Below, piece by piece: positions 18,569-27,599 of a DNA stretch of 64,000 nucleotides. The position numbers and the translations under genes are program-made. Origin of the DNA: an uncultured archaeon (lineage in GTDB: Archaea > Aenigmatarchaeota > Aenigmatarchaeia > QMZP01 > JACQNV01); NCBI GenBank assembly GCA_964410585.1, contig CAYPFW010000002.1, positions 64,001 through 128,000 of the forward strand, read 5' to 3'. How positions within the stretch are numbered: position 1 is the stretch's first letter; the number at the start of each line of letters is the position of its first letter. The notes beneath the pieces were generated by a model. That model saw nothing but the letters and a program-made list of their open reading frames with translations, searched no databases and was not told the DNA's origin.

Positions 18569-19324
18569 CTAATTTTTGTTTTCGTATTTCCTGATTTTAG
18601 CTCTTGCTGATCTGACATGTTTCTTGGTTTTTTGGACAGAAGCTGCGAAAGAATCAGCTTTCCTCTCTTCTTCTGTTCTCAAATGATGGAATTTTACAAG
18701 AGTTGACATTGGGGAAAGGAACCTAAAAAATGTCAAGGATAGTTTTAGGGCAGATGTCTTCTCTTTTATGTGTGCAAGTTCGTGGAGAATAACAGCCTCT
18801 AATTCCTTCCTATTTAATATATCGAAAAGACCAACTGAAAGGAAGATGGCTGATTTGAAATGTCTGAAGGAAAAGGCAAGCGGATTGGCTTTGTCCAATG
18901 CGAAAACTTTGGGCGGCCTTATATTTAGGTTTTTAGATGATTTTTTGATGAAACTCAATACCCATCCAGATTTTATCTGCCTCTCATTGTTTGTTTTTAC
19001 ATAGTATAGTGGGATCACTATAAACCCAACCAAAGTTGATACCAAAAGCGTTGCAGGGAGCGACAGCAGTAGAAGGTTTACAAAATTGTTTGGTCCAGTA
19101 TAGCAACTAGAAACACAGAGCATGCCGCATGTTGTTTGTGTTGTGAAGAGCATGAGTGGATACAAAAGGAAAACAAGATGGGAATACAAAATAACTATTC
19201 TAGATTTGTTGGAAAAGCTAAGCCTTTTCAGCAAAAAAATAAGCGAAACAGCAAATGATATGGATAGAATTGAAAGTACAATTTTCGCCGGGTCTACAAC
19301 TAGGCCAAAAAAACACCCTACCAT
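18569..19324 (-). CDS. BlaR1-like M56/M48 membrane metallopeptidase (no penicillin-binding domain)
   Basis: ELEAVILHELAH, EERKAD; TM segments with CGMLCVSSC loop. Confidence 0.85.
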   Translation of the reverse strand: MVGCFFGLVVDPAKIVLSILSISFAVSLIFLLKRLSFSNKSRIVILYSHLVFLLYPLMLFTTQTTCGMLCVSSCYTGPNNFVNLLLLSLPATLLVSTLVGFIVIPLYYVKTNNERQIKSGWVLSFIKKSSKNLNIRPPKVFALDKANPLAFSFRHFKSAIFLSVGLFDILNRKELEAVILHELAHIKEKTSALKLSLTFFRFLSPMSTLVKFHHLRTEEERKADSFAASVQKTKKHVRSARAKIRKYENKN

Positions 19325-19355
19325 TTGCTAACCTCTTTATTTTCAATTGTATATC

Positions 19356-19406
19356 GTTTCTCTTTGGGTACGGTATACTTTCTCTTTTTGAAAGAGAAAG
19401 GATAGC
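19356..19406 (-). repeat. hairpin + TACCGTACCCAAA element
   Basis: Near-identical to 59244-59291 inside the tRNA intron; core also at 30419. Confidence 0.75.
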
Positions 19407-19407
19407 T

Positions 19408-19782
19408 CTACTTTGAAAACTTTTCATTAAAGTAAGCGACAGCAGACTTGCCAAATGTGTCTATCATTTTCTCAACAAACTTGTCCATCATTGAATACTC
19501 AAAATCTTTCTTCGAAAGCACTGGTGAGTAAATGTAGTGATAGCCTCCCCTTCCTGGTAGAGCCTTTCTCTTCACTAACTTTTTTTCAAAAAGCCTATCT
19601 AAAATAACAGCAACACTAGTCAAAGCAACTTTTTGGTCTTTTTTCACAATAGAATGAAGTTCCCTTACTTTTGCAGACTCCCTTTCCCAAAGTGCGTACA
19701 AAACCTTTGCCTCTAGTGGGCTTAGAAAAGCTTCTGCACCTTCTTTTTCAAATCGAATCTTGTTTATTTCCATACTTTTCAC
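19408..19782 (-). CDS. BlaI/MecI/CopY-family transcriptional regulator
   Basis: LSPLEAKVLYALW, VALTSVAVILDRLFEKKLVKR, YIYSP. Confidence 0.85.
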   Translation of the reverse strand: MKSMEINKIRFEKEGAEAFLSPLEAKVLYALWERESAKVRELHSIVKKDQKVALTSVAVILDRLFEKKLVKRKALPGRGGYHYIYSPVLSKKDFEYSMMDKFVEKMIDTFGKSAVAYFNEKFSK

Positions 19783-19815
19783 ATCTGTTTATAATTCGCA
19801 GTAAACTATTTAAGC

Positions 19816-19889
19816 TTTACAAATAATGTAAAGTATTTAAACACAAGCACCAAATATTAGATCAATACAAGCTTTACAAATTTTGTAAA
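19816..19889. promoter_or_regulatory. two TTTACA-N5-TGTAAA operators in the divergent blaI-like promoter
   Basis: 19816-19832 and 19873-19889. Confidence 0.7.
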
Positions 19890-19917
19890 TATATCCCAAG
19901 AAAACTAATATGCATTT

Positions 19918-20436
19918 ATGAAAAAAGAGACGATAAAGTCAAATGGTCTATTAGACCATACAATAAAGGTGCTAAAAAAGAATTCAAAAACATTTTTAGT
20001 AGCCACTGTTTTGTTTGGTCTTATATATACATTCATATATGGATTATGGCTTATCCCTGCAATAGGTTTTGGGTTCCATAGAGACTCAGCTGTTACAGTT
20101 TTGGATTGGGCCTATTTGCCTCTAGTATCGCTGATGTCTGGTTCCTTGGTTACACTAATGAAATATAAATTAAATACAATGAGTACAAGTACAATTGGTG
20201 GATTTGGTGGTGTAGTAGCCGGTTTGGGTGCTGCTTCGTGCCCGGTTTGCCAAGGAGTGACCATAGCAGCTTTCGGTGGAAATATAGCTTTCCTCTCATT
20301 CGGCGATTTCTCGCCATTTGTTTGGGTCTTCCAAGCAACTGCTGTTTTTATTCTCTGGATATCATTATATTTAACTGCAAATAATCTATATACAAATAAT
20401 TGCATTGGGTGCATTTCAGGCAGAAAGCCTAGATAA
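19918..20436 (+). CDS. 4-TM protein with CPVC and C-terminal CIGC
   Basis: GAASCPVC; architecture similar to 8062..8454. Confidence 0.7.
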   Translation: MKKETIKSNGLLDHTIKVLKKNSKTFLVATVLFGLIYTFIYGLWLIPAIGFGFHRDSAVTVLDWAYLPLVSLMSGSLVTLMKYKLNTMSTSTIGGFGGVVAGLGAASCPVCQGVTIAAFGGNIAFLSFGDFSPFVWVFQATAVFILWISLYLTANNLYTNNCIGCISGRKPR

Positions 20437-20438
20437 GT

Positions 20439-21173
20439 ATGGTAAAAGCAAAAAGCGTCAAAGAAGTAAAGGTCGCGAAGGATACAAAAACTAAAGAAAA
20501 AAATCTTTTGGACAGCAACATATTTTTAGTAGGAATAACAATAGTTGTCGCACTAGTTGTCATGAATCAGGTTTTAATTTCAACAACAGGCTTCGCAGTT
20601 GGCAGTTCAGGTACAATGGGTGAGATAAAGCTTACAGAAGGATTTATGTATGGCTCAAAAACAACATTAAAGCCTATGCCATTGGCGACAGGTGAACAGT
20701 CTAGAATAGCTGGGTATGGATCAATTGTCAAACCCTTACCCACAATAAGCGATCTTCCAATAAAACCATCAACAGGCGATGTTGTTCAGGATTTGATAAA
20801 TAATATCATACCAACAGGAACACCGTGGTATGGCCAAGAAGCTGGAGTAAGCTTTGATGCTGCTGAACCGGCTGCTCAACTATGGGGAAAAGCAAGGGCC
20901 TTGGAACTTACAACAGAACAAGAAGCAAGATGGGGTAGGATAGTAAACTCCTTCACCTGTGATTACTGCTGCGGCTCACCTCAAAGCCCAACAATAATAA
21001 CAAGGTGTGGATGTGCTCATGCACAGGGAGCTTTGGGTATGGCTAGATGGTTCATAAAATATTATGGTGACAAGTATTCAGACGAAGAGATATATGGTGA
21101 AATGGCTAGATGGTACGCTGCTTGGTATCCGGGTCCAACTATTCAGAGAATAGCGTTGGAGATGTCTCAATAA
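20439..21173 (+). CDS. membrane-anchored Cys-cluster protein (CDYCCG..CGCAH), paralogue of 1512..2150
   Basis: Shared P(K/T)GxPxYGxExxVSFD, CxYCCG, CGCxH, Y(T/S)DExI..E..W. Confidence 0.8.
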   Translation: MVKAKSVKEVKVAKDTKTKEKNLLDSNIFLVGITIVVALVVMNQVLISTTGFAVGSSGTMGEIKLTEGFMYGSKTTLKPMPLATGEQSRIAGYGSIVKPLPTISDLPIKPSTGDVVQDLINNIIPTGTPWYGQEAGVSFDAAEPAAQLWGKARALELTTEQEARWGRIVNSFTCDYCCGSPQSPTIITRCGCAHAQGALGMARWFIKYYGDKYSDEEIYGEMARWYAAWYPGPTIQRIALEMSQ

Positions 21174-21191
21174 TGAGTAACTAAAATATAT

Positions 21192-21237
21192 ATGGAGGGT
21201 TAGAGGAACCGGAAACAATTGAACTGCAGGTTCCCTA
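21192..21237 (+). repeat. 46-bp leader element, identical to 1454-1499
   Basis: Exact match; 5 nt before ATG 21243. Confidence 0.9.
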
Positions 21238-21242
21238 AAATT

Positions 21243-21455
21243 ATGGAAAATAAAAGTGTGCTATTGGTTGTTCTGATAGCAGCTTTGTTGGTAACAGTTG
21301 CATTGCAAACTGTCCAGCTCGTAGCATTGAATGCTGGAACATCTGCTGCAGCTATTAGTTTCCCAGCAGCAGGCAAATCAGCAGGAAGCGGTTCTGCTGG
21401 TTCATCTGGTCCAACAAGCTTACAGAACTTGCCAAGTATGGTTGGTGGATGTTAA
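21243..21455 (+). CDS. small membrane-anchored protein ending LPSMVGGC
   Basis: TM with QTVQL, Ser/Gly/Ala linker, MVGGC. Confidence 0.8.
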   Translation: MENKSVLLVVLIAALLVTVALQTVQLVALNAGTSAAAISFPAAGKSAGSGSAGSSGPTSLQNLPSMVGGC

Positions 21456-21531
21456 TCTTAGGTAGCTATTAAAATAGAATAGCTCTATGCTTAACAATAG
21501 AACTTGAAGTAGTGTTAGATTATATAGAAAT

Positions 21532-22644
21532 ATGAAACTAAACAACAATTTGATATATGGGGTCTTGGCTCTTATTGTAGTTTTGTCTATAGTTAATGCT
21601 TATTTTGTTTCTGTCAGATCGCAAACTGTTATGGGTGCCATTGATAAAGCAAAAGAAGATGCAAGACCGGCTGACATAGAAGTGATCAAACTCACAGCTG
21701 ACTGCTCAGATTGTTTTGATATAGAAAAGGTCTTGTCAGATTTGAAAAGCAAAAATGTAAATGTGAAAAAAGAAGAGAGTGTCAGTTTTTCATCTGACAG
21801 AGGGAAAGAACTAATTTCACAATTTGGTATAACCAAATTGCCTACACTAATTGTTTCTGGCGAGGTCAAAAAGCCAAGTATAGAGTCAATATGGAGTGAT
21901 TGGGAGGAAAAAGAAGGAAAGTATGTTTTTAAAAATATCCTTCCACCATACACAAACTTACAAAACGAAGTTGTAGGAAAGGTTTCTGCAACAATTATTT
22001 TAGACTCCTCATGCCAAAAATGCGATGACTTTTCCCAGATTCTAAATGGTCTAAAGCAAACAGGTGTTGTTTTTTCAGAGGAAAAGAAATTGGAATACGC
22101 AACACCAGAAGCAAAAGATCTAATCACAAAACTTGATATTCAAAGAATACCTGCAATTGTTTTGAGTAAAAATATTATCGAGTATGCTGGTATGGAGCAA
22201 TCCCTTCAACAAGTTGGTGCTAAAGAAAAAGATGGTTTCTTTGCTCTTCATGCACAGGTTCCTCCATACAGGGATGCGAAAACAAATGAATTGAAAGGTT
22301 TGGTAAAAGTAACTTATCTTTCAGATGCTTCTTGTAAATCGTGTTATGATGTAAACATAAACAAAGAAATACTTGCAAGATTTGGTTTGGCAATCACATT
22401 GGAGAAAAATTTAGATATAAATTCAACAGAGGGAGCTGGATTAGTTAAAACCTATAAAATAGAAAAAGCTCCAATAATTTTGGTTTCTCCTGAAGCTGAT
22501 GTCTATGATGTTTTCAAACAAGCCTGGCCTAGTGTTGGATCTGTTGAAGCAGATGGCTGGTTTGTGATGAGGAACCCAGAAATTTTAGGCGGATACAAAA
22601 ACCTGACATCAGGACAAGAGATTGCAGCCGCTGTCAACCAATGA
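21532..22644 (+). CDS. exported protein with three CxxC thioredoxin-like repeats
   Basis: CSDC, CQKC, CKSC, each followed by an IxKxP-like motif. Confidence 0.75.
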   Translation: MKLNNNLIYGVLALIVVLSIVNAYFVSVRSQTVMGAIDKAKEDARPADIEVIKLTADCSDCFDIEKVLSDLKSKNVNVKKEESVSFSSDRGKELISQFGITKLPTLIVSGEVKKPSIESIWSDWEEKEGKYVFKNILPPYTNLQNEVVGKVSATIILDSSCQKCDDFSQILNGLKQTGVVFSEEKKLEYATPEAKDLITKLDIQRIPAIVLSKNIIEYAGMEQSLQQVGAKEKDGFFALHAQVPPYRDAKTNELKGLVKVTYLSDASCKSCYDVNINKEILARFGLAITLEKNLDINSTEGAGLVKTYKIEKAPIILVSPEADVYDVFKQAWPSVGSVEADGWFVMRNPEILGGYKNLTSGQEIAAAVNQ

Positions 22645-22645
22645 T

Positions 22646-23101
22646 ATGTCAGCAAAAATTTTAGTGATTAGTTCAATTGTTTTCCTTCTACTTATTTCAA
22701 TAGGAATACCTTTACAGCTTCAGCAAACTCAGACACAAAATTTTGAATTTGATAAACCAGTTGATGTTGTCACAAAATATTTTGAATCTTGGGATAAAAA
22801 AAATTGGGTTGAAATGTATTCCACAATTTCAGACGGATTTAAGAAAATAGAACCAACTGCACAAACTTTGGCTGATTTCAGAGAATATTCAGAGTCCCAG
22901 GCAATAGGTGGAGTACGAGTAATTTCGATAAATGAAAAATCAAATGATGGAAAGACAGCCGTTGTTGATTATTCAGTTGAATTCGAAACAAGTAAATGGA
23001 ATAAATTTGAAGGTACATTTACTTTGAAATTTAGACAGGGTGATATAATTCGGGGATGGAAGCTCATACACCCATATGGAAATAACGTTGATACATCATA
23101 A
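22646..23101 (+). CDS. exported NTF2-like hypothetical protein
   Basis: Signal/TM; PVDVVTKYFESW; GWKL. Confidence 0.6.
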   Translation: MSAKILVISSIVFLLLISIGIPLQLQQTQTQNFEFDKPVDVVTKYFESWDKKNWVEMYSTISDGFKKIEPTAQTLADFREYSESQAIGGVRVISINEKSNDGKTAVVDYSVEFETSKWNKFEGTFTLKFRQGDIIRGWKLIHPYGNNVDTS

Positions 23102-24145
23102 CAGTTTTTCCATATCCAAAACCAAGCAAGATAGGCTATATTCATCACCGAGGGCTTCTCCAGTTGTTGAGTTGTAGAATTCGAAAAAACCGTTTTTTGT
23201 TGATTCCAAAGATTTTTCATATAAAAGTTCAGCTGCTTCTGTAAGATTGTAGTTTAGTAGGCCTTTGAAAACAAACCAGTTTATTGGTATCCATGTTGCA
23301 CCTCTCCAAGGACTTGCTGAATCAAAGCCCTTTTCAGAAAATGAAAGAGATGGAATGGGATATTCTGTCCAAAACTCTTCTTGATTTAAAAGATGTTTGT
23401 TGACAAGGTCTTGAGCTTGGGATTTTGAGAGAATGTTTGCAAAAAGCGGCATAAAGATGGATGGTGTGAGCTTGTCATCTATTTGAGAAAATAGGTTTTT
23501 CGTTTTGTCATAAAGGTGTTGTTTTATTGCCTCTTTTGTGTATTCGTATTTCCTTTTGTAAAATGCCTGCTCAACTCCGATTATTTTTGAAATTTCGATC
23601 ATGGATTTCAAACTCTCTAAATAAACACAGTTAAAAAAAACATCCTTGACATCGAAATATCCTCTTTGTAGAAAAAGGCTATCATTGTAGTCTGTGTTTT
23701 TATATGATTCTACTATTTCTTTTTGCCTATTTGAGTAGAAAAAAGTCTCATTTGGATGGATTATCGAAAGGATATTTTTTGAATAGGTATCTCTTACAGT
23801 TGAAAGCCATTTGTAATACTTGTCTAATTTTGAATAGATTTTTTGTAGGAAAGTTTCATTTCTTGAAACATTGAATACTTGAAGAGCTGAATATGCAAAA
23901 AGAGGGGGCGCAGTTAGCTTGTTTTCCTGTGTGATTTTTCCTTCTGGGAGCTGGAGATTGAAAATGCTTACTATCTCCTTCTCAGCTGACTTTGGGTCAA
24001 AATGCCTTAGAACAATTGAATTCAAACAAGAAGCGAAAGCTGATTGTTTTTGGTTTTTTGCAGACAGTGTGAATTGTTGACCTGATTCAATTCGTCTGTT
24101 TTCGAGAAATATTTTTTCTATTTCTGAAATAGCTGAAAGCTCCAT
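23096..24145 (-). CDS. GH63/MGH1-like (alpha/alpha)6 glycoside hydrolase, divergent
   Basis: APPLFA, DVFFN, PWRGATWIPINW, GFFEFYNSTTGE. Confidence 0.7.
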   Translation of the reverse strand: MELSAISEIEKIFLENRRIESGQQFTLSAKNQKQSAFASCLNSIVLRHFDPKSAEKEIVSIFNLQLPEGKITQENKLTAPPLFAYSALQVFNVSRNETFLQKIYSKLDKYYKWLSTVRDTYSKNILSIIHPNETFFYSNRQKEIVESYKNTDYNDSLFLQRGYFDVKDVFFNCVYLESLKSMIEISKIIGVEQAFYKRKYEYTKEAIKQHLYDKTKNLFSQIDDKLTPSIFMPLFANILSKSQAQDLVNKHLLNQEEFWTEYPIPSLSFSEKGFDSASPWRGATWIPINWFVFKGLLNYNLTEAAELLYEKSLESTKNGFFEFYNSTTGEALGDEYSLSCLVLDMEKLL

Positions 24146-25298
24146 ATAATATTATTGTCGCTGCAATAATAATAACCAATTCTGTCCCTCTGGATACAAT
24201 CTTTCCAGTTAGTTCTTGTTGTGTTGTTTGAATTGGTGAATCACTGAAATCTTTTTTAAACAAACTGGAAAAATAGCCTGCAACTCCACCTTCTATTATA
24301 ACACCAGCTTCCCTGTTTCTTTTTGGCGAGTTTTCATTCCAATTTATGCTTGAGATTAAAATTCTCTTGTCATCAACTATGACGCCTTTATTGTGGATTT
24401 TATCAACTCCAAGCACTTGCAAATTAGCCAACTTAACTTCTAAATCCAATTTTTCTTTTTGTGCTATTTGATTTAGAAAATTGGCTGTGTTCAAGTTGCT
24501 GTTTGGATCAGATTCTTCAATATTATAATTTGTCGAATCCAAAAGAATTTTCACTTCTATTCCCTGTCTAGCTTTTTCCAAAACTTTTTCTAAGAACAAA
24601 TTTGGTTTTGGCTTGTTTTTTGTTCCCCAATTTTTGTAAATATAAAATTGCTCGATGTATATTGATTTGTTAGCTGAATCAAGAAGAGAAATAATGCCTT
24701 CAGTCGCAGTATCTGGAGCGAAAATTGCTTGGATATCTACTTTATATTTTTCGATTTGGGTTTCTGGAAAATTGGTTTTTGTGTTGTCTAAAAAGTAGTC
24801 GTCTAACTTGCAATTAAATTCTTCTGATTTCTCAAAGTCTTTGTTGAAAACTTTTTTGAACTCTTTTTGGATTTCTTTATCTTCAATAATTGCTCCCCAC
24901 CCTCTGTTTTTTGAGAACCCAAGACCCAAATTTTCAGATGAAACCAAAACCTTGTCGCCTACTAAATATTTCGCATGCAGGAATTTTTCAGGCCCATTAA
25001 AAAGCCTCACTTCAGCGCCTTTCTCTTCCAAATTACACAGTATTTTTTCCTCTATTTCCTTCATTCCGCCAACAGGAGACTTTTCAACTAGAACCTTGTC
25101 TGCTTTGGGGGAAACAAAATTTAGTATTTCTGGACTTGTGAATTCGTATACTGAGATATTGAACGAATTTTCGGTATCTGCAAAATAGTAAAGTGCTGAC
25201 AGGCTATTTTCAGGCGAGGAAAAAACAGATACTTCTGCTGCATATGCTGATTGTAAAAACAAAAGTGAAAACAGTAAGGCCGAAAATAAAAATTTCAT
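24087..25298 (-). CDS. phospholipase D-family surface protein
   Basis: LHAKYLVGD and IHNKGVIVD..SSINW..NRE; signal peptide and C-terminal TM. Confidence 0.85.
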   Translation of the reverse strand: MKFLFSALLFSLLFLQSAYAAEVSVFSSPENSLSALYYFADTENSFNISVYEFTSPEILNFVSPKADKVLVEKSPVGGMKEIEEKILCNLEEKGAEVRLFNGPEKFLHAKYLVGDKVLVSSENLGLGFSKNRGWGAIIEDKEIQKEFKKVFNKDFEKSEEFNCKLDDYFLDNTKTNFPETQIEKYKVDIQAIFAPDTATEGIISLLDSANKSIYIEQFYIYKNWGTKNKPKPNLFLEKVLEKARQGIEVKILLDSTNYNIEESDPNSNLNTANFLNQIAQKEKLDLEVKLANLQVLGVDKIHNKGVIVDDKRILISSINWNENSPKRNREAGVIIEGGVAGYFSSLFKKDFSDSPIQTTQQELTGKIVSRGTELVIIIAATIILYGAFSYFRNRKNISRKQTN

Positions 25299-25326
25299 TT
25301 ATATATTATCAATCTCAATCTTTAAA

Positions 25327-25743
25327 ATGGGGTTAGCTAGATACGAGAGGCGAATTCTAAAACAAAAAATAAAGAATAAAGAGGGAGAAAGGGAGCCAAA
25401 AAACCTAAAAAAGGCAAACTATTTGATAGTTGGTGCGATTGTTTTAATGGTGAGTGTCTTAGGATATACTTTCACTGGATACACTGTTGGGAAAAACAGC
25501 TATGACAATTTTGCTAAATGCCTTTCTGAAAGCTCCAGGCTTTATGTATCAGCTAATTGTGAAGAGTGCGAAAAACAAAAAGAGTTATTTGGGTCATCTT
25601 CTCAGTATATTGATTATGCTGAGTGTGTTGAAGGAATGTGCCAAGAGATTGGAGTCTATCCTACTTGGGAAATTAGGGGTAAGCTTTATTCTGGTCTTCA
25701 AAGCCTTGAAAAACTCTCTGAATTATCTGGTTGTAGGCTGTAG
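25327..25743 (+). CDS. membrane-anchored thioredoxin-like protein
   Basis: FAKCL, CEECEKQKELFG, YPTW, LSGC. Confidence 0.75.
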   Translation: MGLARYERRILKQKIKNKEGEREPKNLKKANYLIVGAIVLMVSVLGYTFTGYTVGKNSYDNFAKCLSESSRLYVSANCEECEKQKELFGSSSQYIDYAECVEGMCQEIGVYPTWEIRGKLYSGLQSLEKLSELSGCRL

Positions 25744-25798
25744 TACAAATATAAATTTGTGAGATGCTAATATAGACTATTCTTATTTTAGGGGGCAT

Positions 25799-26428
25799 AT
25801 GGATCACCAGGAAATTCAAAAGTTTTATTCTGAAAGGAAGGAAAATATCCAAAAAAGGCTTGAGGAGTTTTCTCAGATAAAAACAAAAAGTGAAAGGGAT
25901 ATTTTCGCTGAACTTTGTTTTTGTTTATTGACACCACAATCAAAGGCTAGGAATTGTTGGTCTTCGATTCTTGCTTTGAAGGCATCTGGCGCGCTTTACA
26001 CTGGAAGGCCTGAAAACATAAGGCAGGTTTTGCACAAACAGGTTAGGTTCCACAACAACAAGGCAAGGTATATTGTCGAGAGCAGGAAAAAGGTCTTGGA
26101 AAATGGGTTTAATTGGAAGCAGTTTTTTGAAAAACACCCAAAGGAGATGAGAGAGTGGCTTGTTGAAAATGTCAAAGGCATGGGATACAAAGAAGCTTCA
26201 CACTTTTTGAGGAACATTGGGTTCAGAGAATTGGCTATTTTGGATAGACATATTTTGAAAAACCTTGTCAAATGCAAAGCAATAGATGGAGTGCCTAAAA
26301 CCTTAGGAAAGCCGCAGTATTTAGAGATAGAGGACAAGTTCAAAGATTTTTCGCAAAAAGTTGGGATACATATGGATGAGCTGGATTTGCTTTTTTGGTC
26401 GCTTGAAACAGGGGAGGTTTTCAAGTAA
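25799..26428 (+). CDS. ogg: 8-oxoguanine DNA glycosylase/AP lyase
   Basis: ELCFCLLT, KGMGYKEASHFLRNIG, ILDRHI. Confidence 0.92.
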   Translation: MDHQEIQKFYSERKENIQKRLEEFSQIKTKSERDIFAELCFCLLTPQSKARNCWSSILALKASGALYTGRPENIRQVLHKQVRFHNNKARYIVESRKKVLENGFNWKQFFEKHPKEMREWLVENVKGMGYKEASHFLRNIGFRELAILDRHILKNLVKCKAIDGVPKTLGKPQYLEIEDKFKDFSQKVGIHMDELDLLFWSLETGEVFK

Positions 26429-26457
26429 ATTTATAAACTAGTAGAATAATTTAGTGT

Positions 26458-26697
26458 ATGGCAAAATCTGTTACAGTGTTTTCGACAACAACCTGTCCTT
26501 GGTGTGTAAAAGTCAAAGAGTTTTTGAAACAAAACAATGTCAAATACACTGAAAAGAACGTAGGCGAAGACCAAGAAGCAGCAGACTACATGATTGAAAA
26601 AACAGGCCAAATGGGTGTGCCTGTGACAGAAATTGATGGTAAGTTTATTGTTGGTTTTGATGTTAGCAGCTTGAAGAAAGCTTTGGGGCTTAAATAG
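26458..26697 (+). CDS. glutaredoxin (NrdH-like)
   Basis: TCPWC, GQMGVPV, IVGFD. Confidence 0.9.
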   Translation: MAKSVTVFSTTTCPWCVKVKEFLKQNNVKYTEKNVGEDQEAADYMIEKTGQMGVPVTEIDGKFIVGFDVSSLKKALGLK

Positions 26698-26800
26698 ACT
26701 GTTTCTAAAACACCGGAAAATTCACAAAACATGCGATAAGTTAATAAAAACAATTGAAATCCAAACAATAAACTAATAAAACTTTGCACCAAATAAAGGG

Positions 26801-27202
26801 ATGGCAGAAAAGATTAGAAAGCTTTTGATTGTAGAAGACGAACCTGATTTACGTTCTCTGTATTCGATACACTTTAGTAAAAGAGGATATAAAGTAGAGA
26901 CAGCTGGTTCTGGTCCAGAAGCAATAGCAAAGATAAGAGGTTATACAGAAACAGATAGACCAGATGGTTTCCTAGTTGATATTTGGTTGCCAGATGAAAG
27001 TGGATATGGTGTCATTGGGTCAATAAGACAAAACCCAGCAACTAAGCATCAACCTGTGATTGCCATGTCAGCTACTACAGAGGCAAACTTGAAAAAAGCA
27101 GTAGATGCCGGTGCCAATGCTACTTATAGAAAACCATTTGAATTTAAAGAAGTTGCTGCCCATATTGAAGGGCTTATTTCTGAATTGGATGGAGTAGAGT
27201 AG
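26801..27202 (+). CDS. stand-alone response regulator receiver
   Basis: VEDE, VDIWLP, MSA, KPF. Confidence 0.85.
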   Translation: MAEKIRKLLIVEDEPDLRSLYSIHFSKRGYKVETAGSGPEAIAKIRGYTETDRPDGFLVDIWLPDESGYGVIGSIRQNPATKHQPVIAMSATTEANLKKAVDAGANATYRKPFEFKEVAAHIEGLISELDGVE

Positions 27203-27244
27203 GATAGAATTTGGCTTTATTTCTTGAAATTGATTTGACATTCT

Positions 27245-27366
27245 CATATATAACACTGTTATACACCTCTACTTCATGTGGAATTTGGTTCAGTTGGTTT
27301 GTTTTTGCACGTTTTTCCAAAATTTGGTTGATTTTCCCACAAAACTACATATATAACACTGTTATA
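27245..27366. promoter_or_regulatory. 19-bp direct repeat containing palindrome TATAACAcTGTTATA
   Basis: CATATATAACACTGTTATA at 27245 and 27348. Confidence 0.6.
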
Positions 27367-27485
27367 TCCTACTTTTCTCCCGAAAAATAGCCCTTTACAT
27401 ACACTGATTTCCCCCAGGACCAACAAACAGAAAATCTATACTAAAGTATCTACATATTTATATATAATCAATCACAAAGTTCTAA

Positions 27486-27532
27486 ACACAGTATCTTGTG
27501 TTAGCTCAACTAGCCAACACAATATCTTGTAT
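27486..27532 (+). promoter_or_regulatory. tandem NrdR boxes, 31-bp spacing
   Basis: ACACAGTATCTTGTGT (27486) and ACACAATATCTTGTAT (27517), downstream of TATA-like TTTATATA (27457). Confidence 0.8.
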
Positions 27533-27599
27533 ATTGTCAATTTTAATACTTCTCAGAGGCAAATGCTTCTAAAAGTATATAGAGTGGGGGTAAAAGAAT

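Noticed and set aside
19218-19454. 78-aa minus-strand ORF across the blaI-blaR gap
   Set aside because: Overlaps two well-supported genes out of frame and spans a repeat.
21192-21237. 46-bp element as a fluoride riboswitch
   Set aside because: Only ATGGAG resembles it; the P1 stem and 3' pseudoknot strand are absent.
27203-27599. Cobalamin riboswitch upstream of nrdJ
   Set aside because: AT-rich region with no B12-box; the signals are DNA palindromes.
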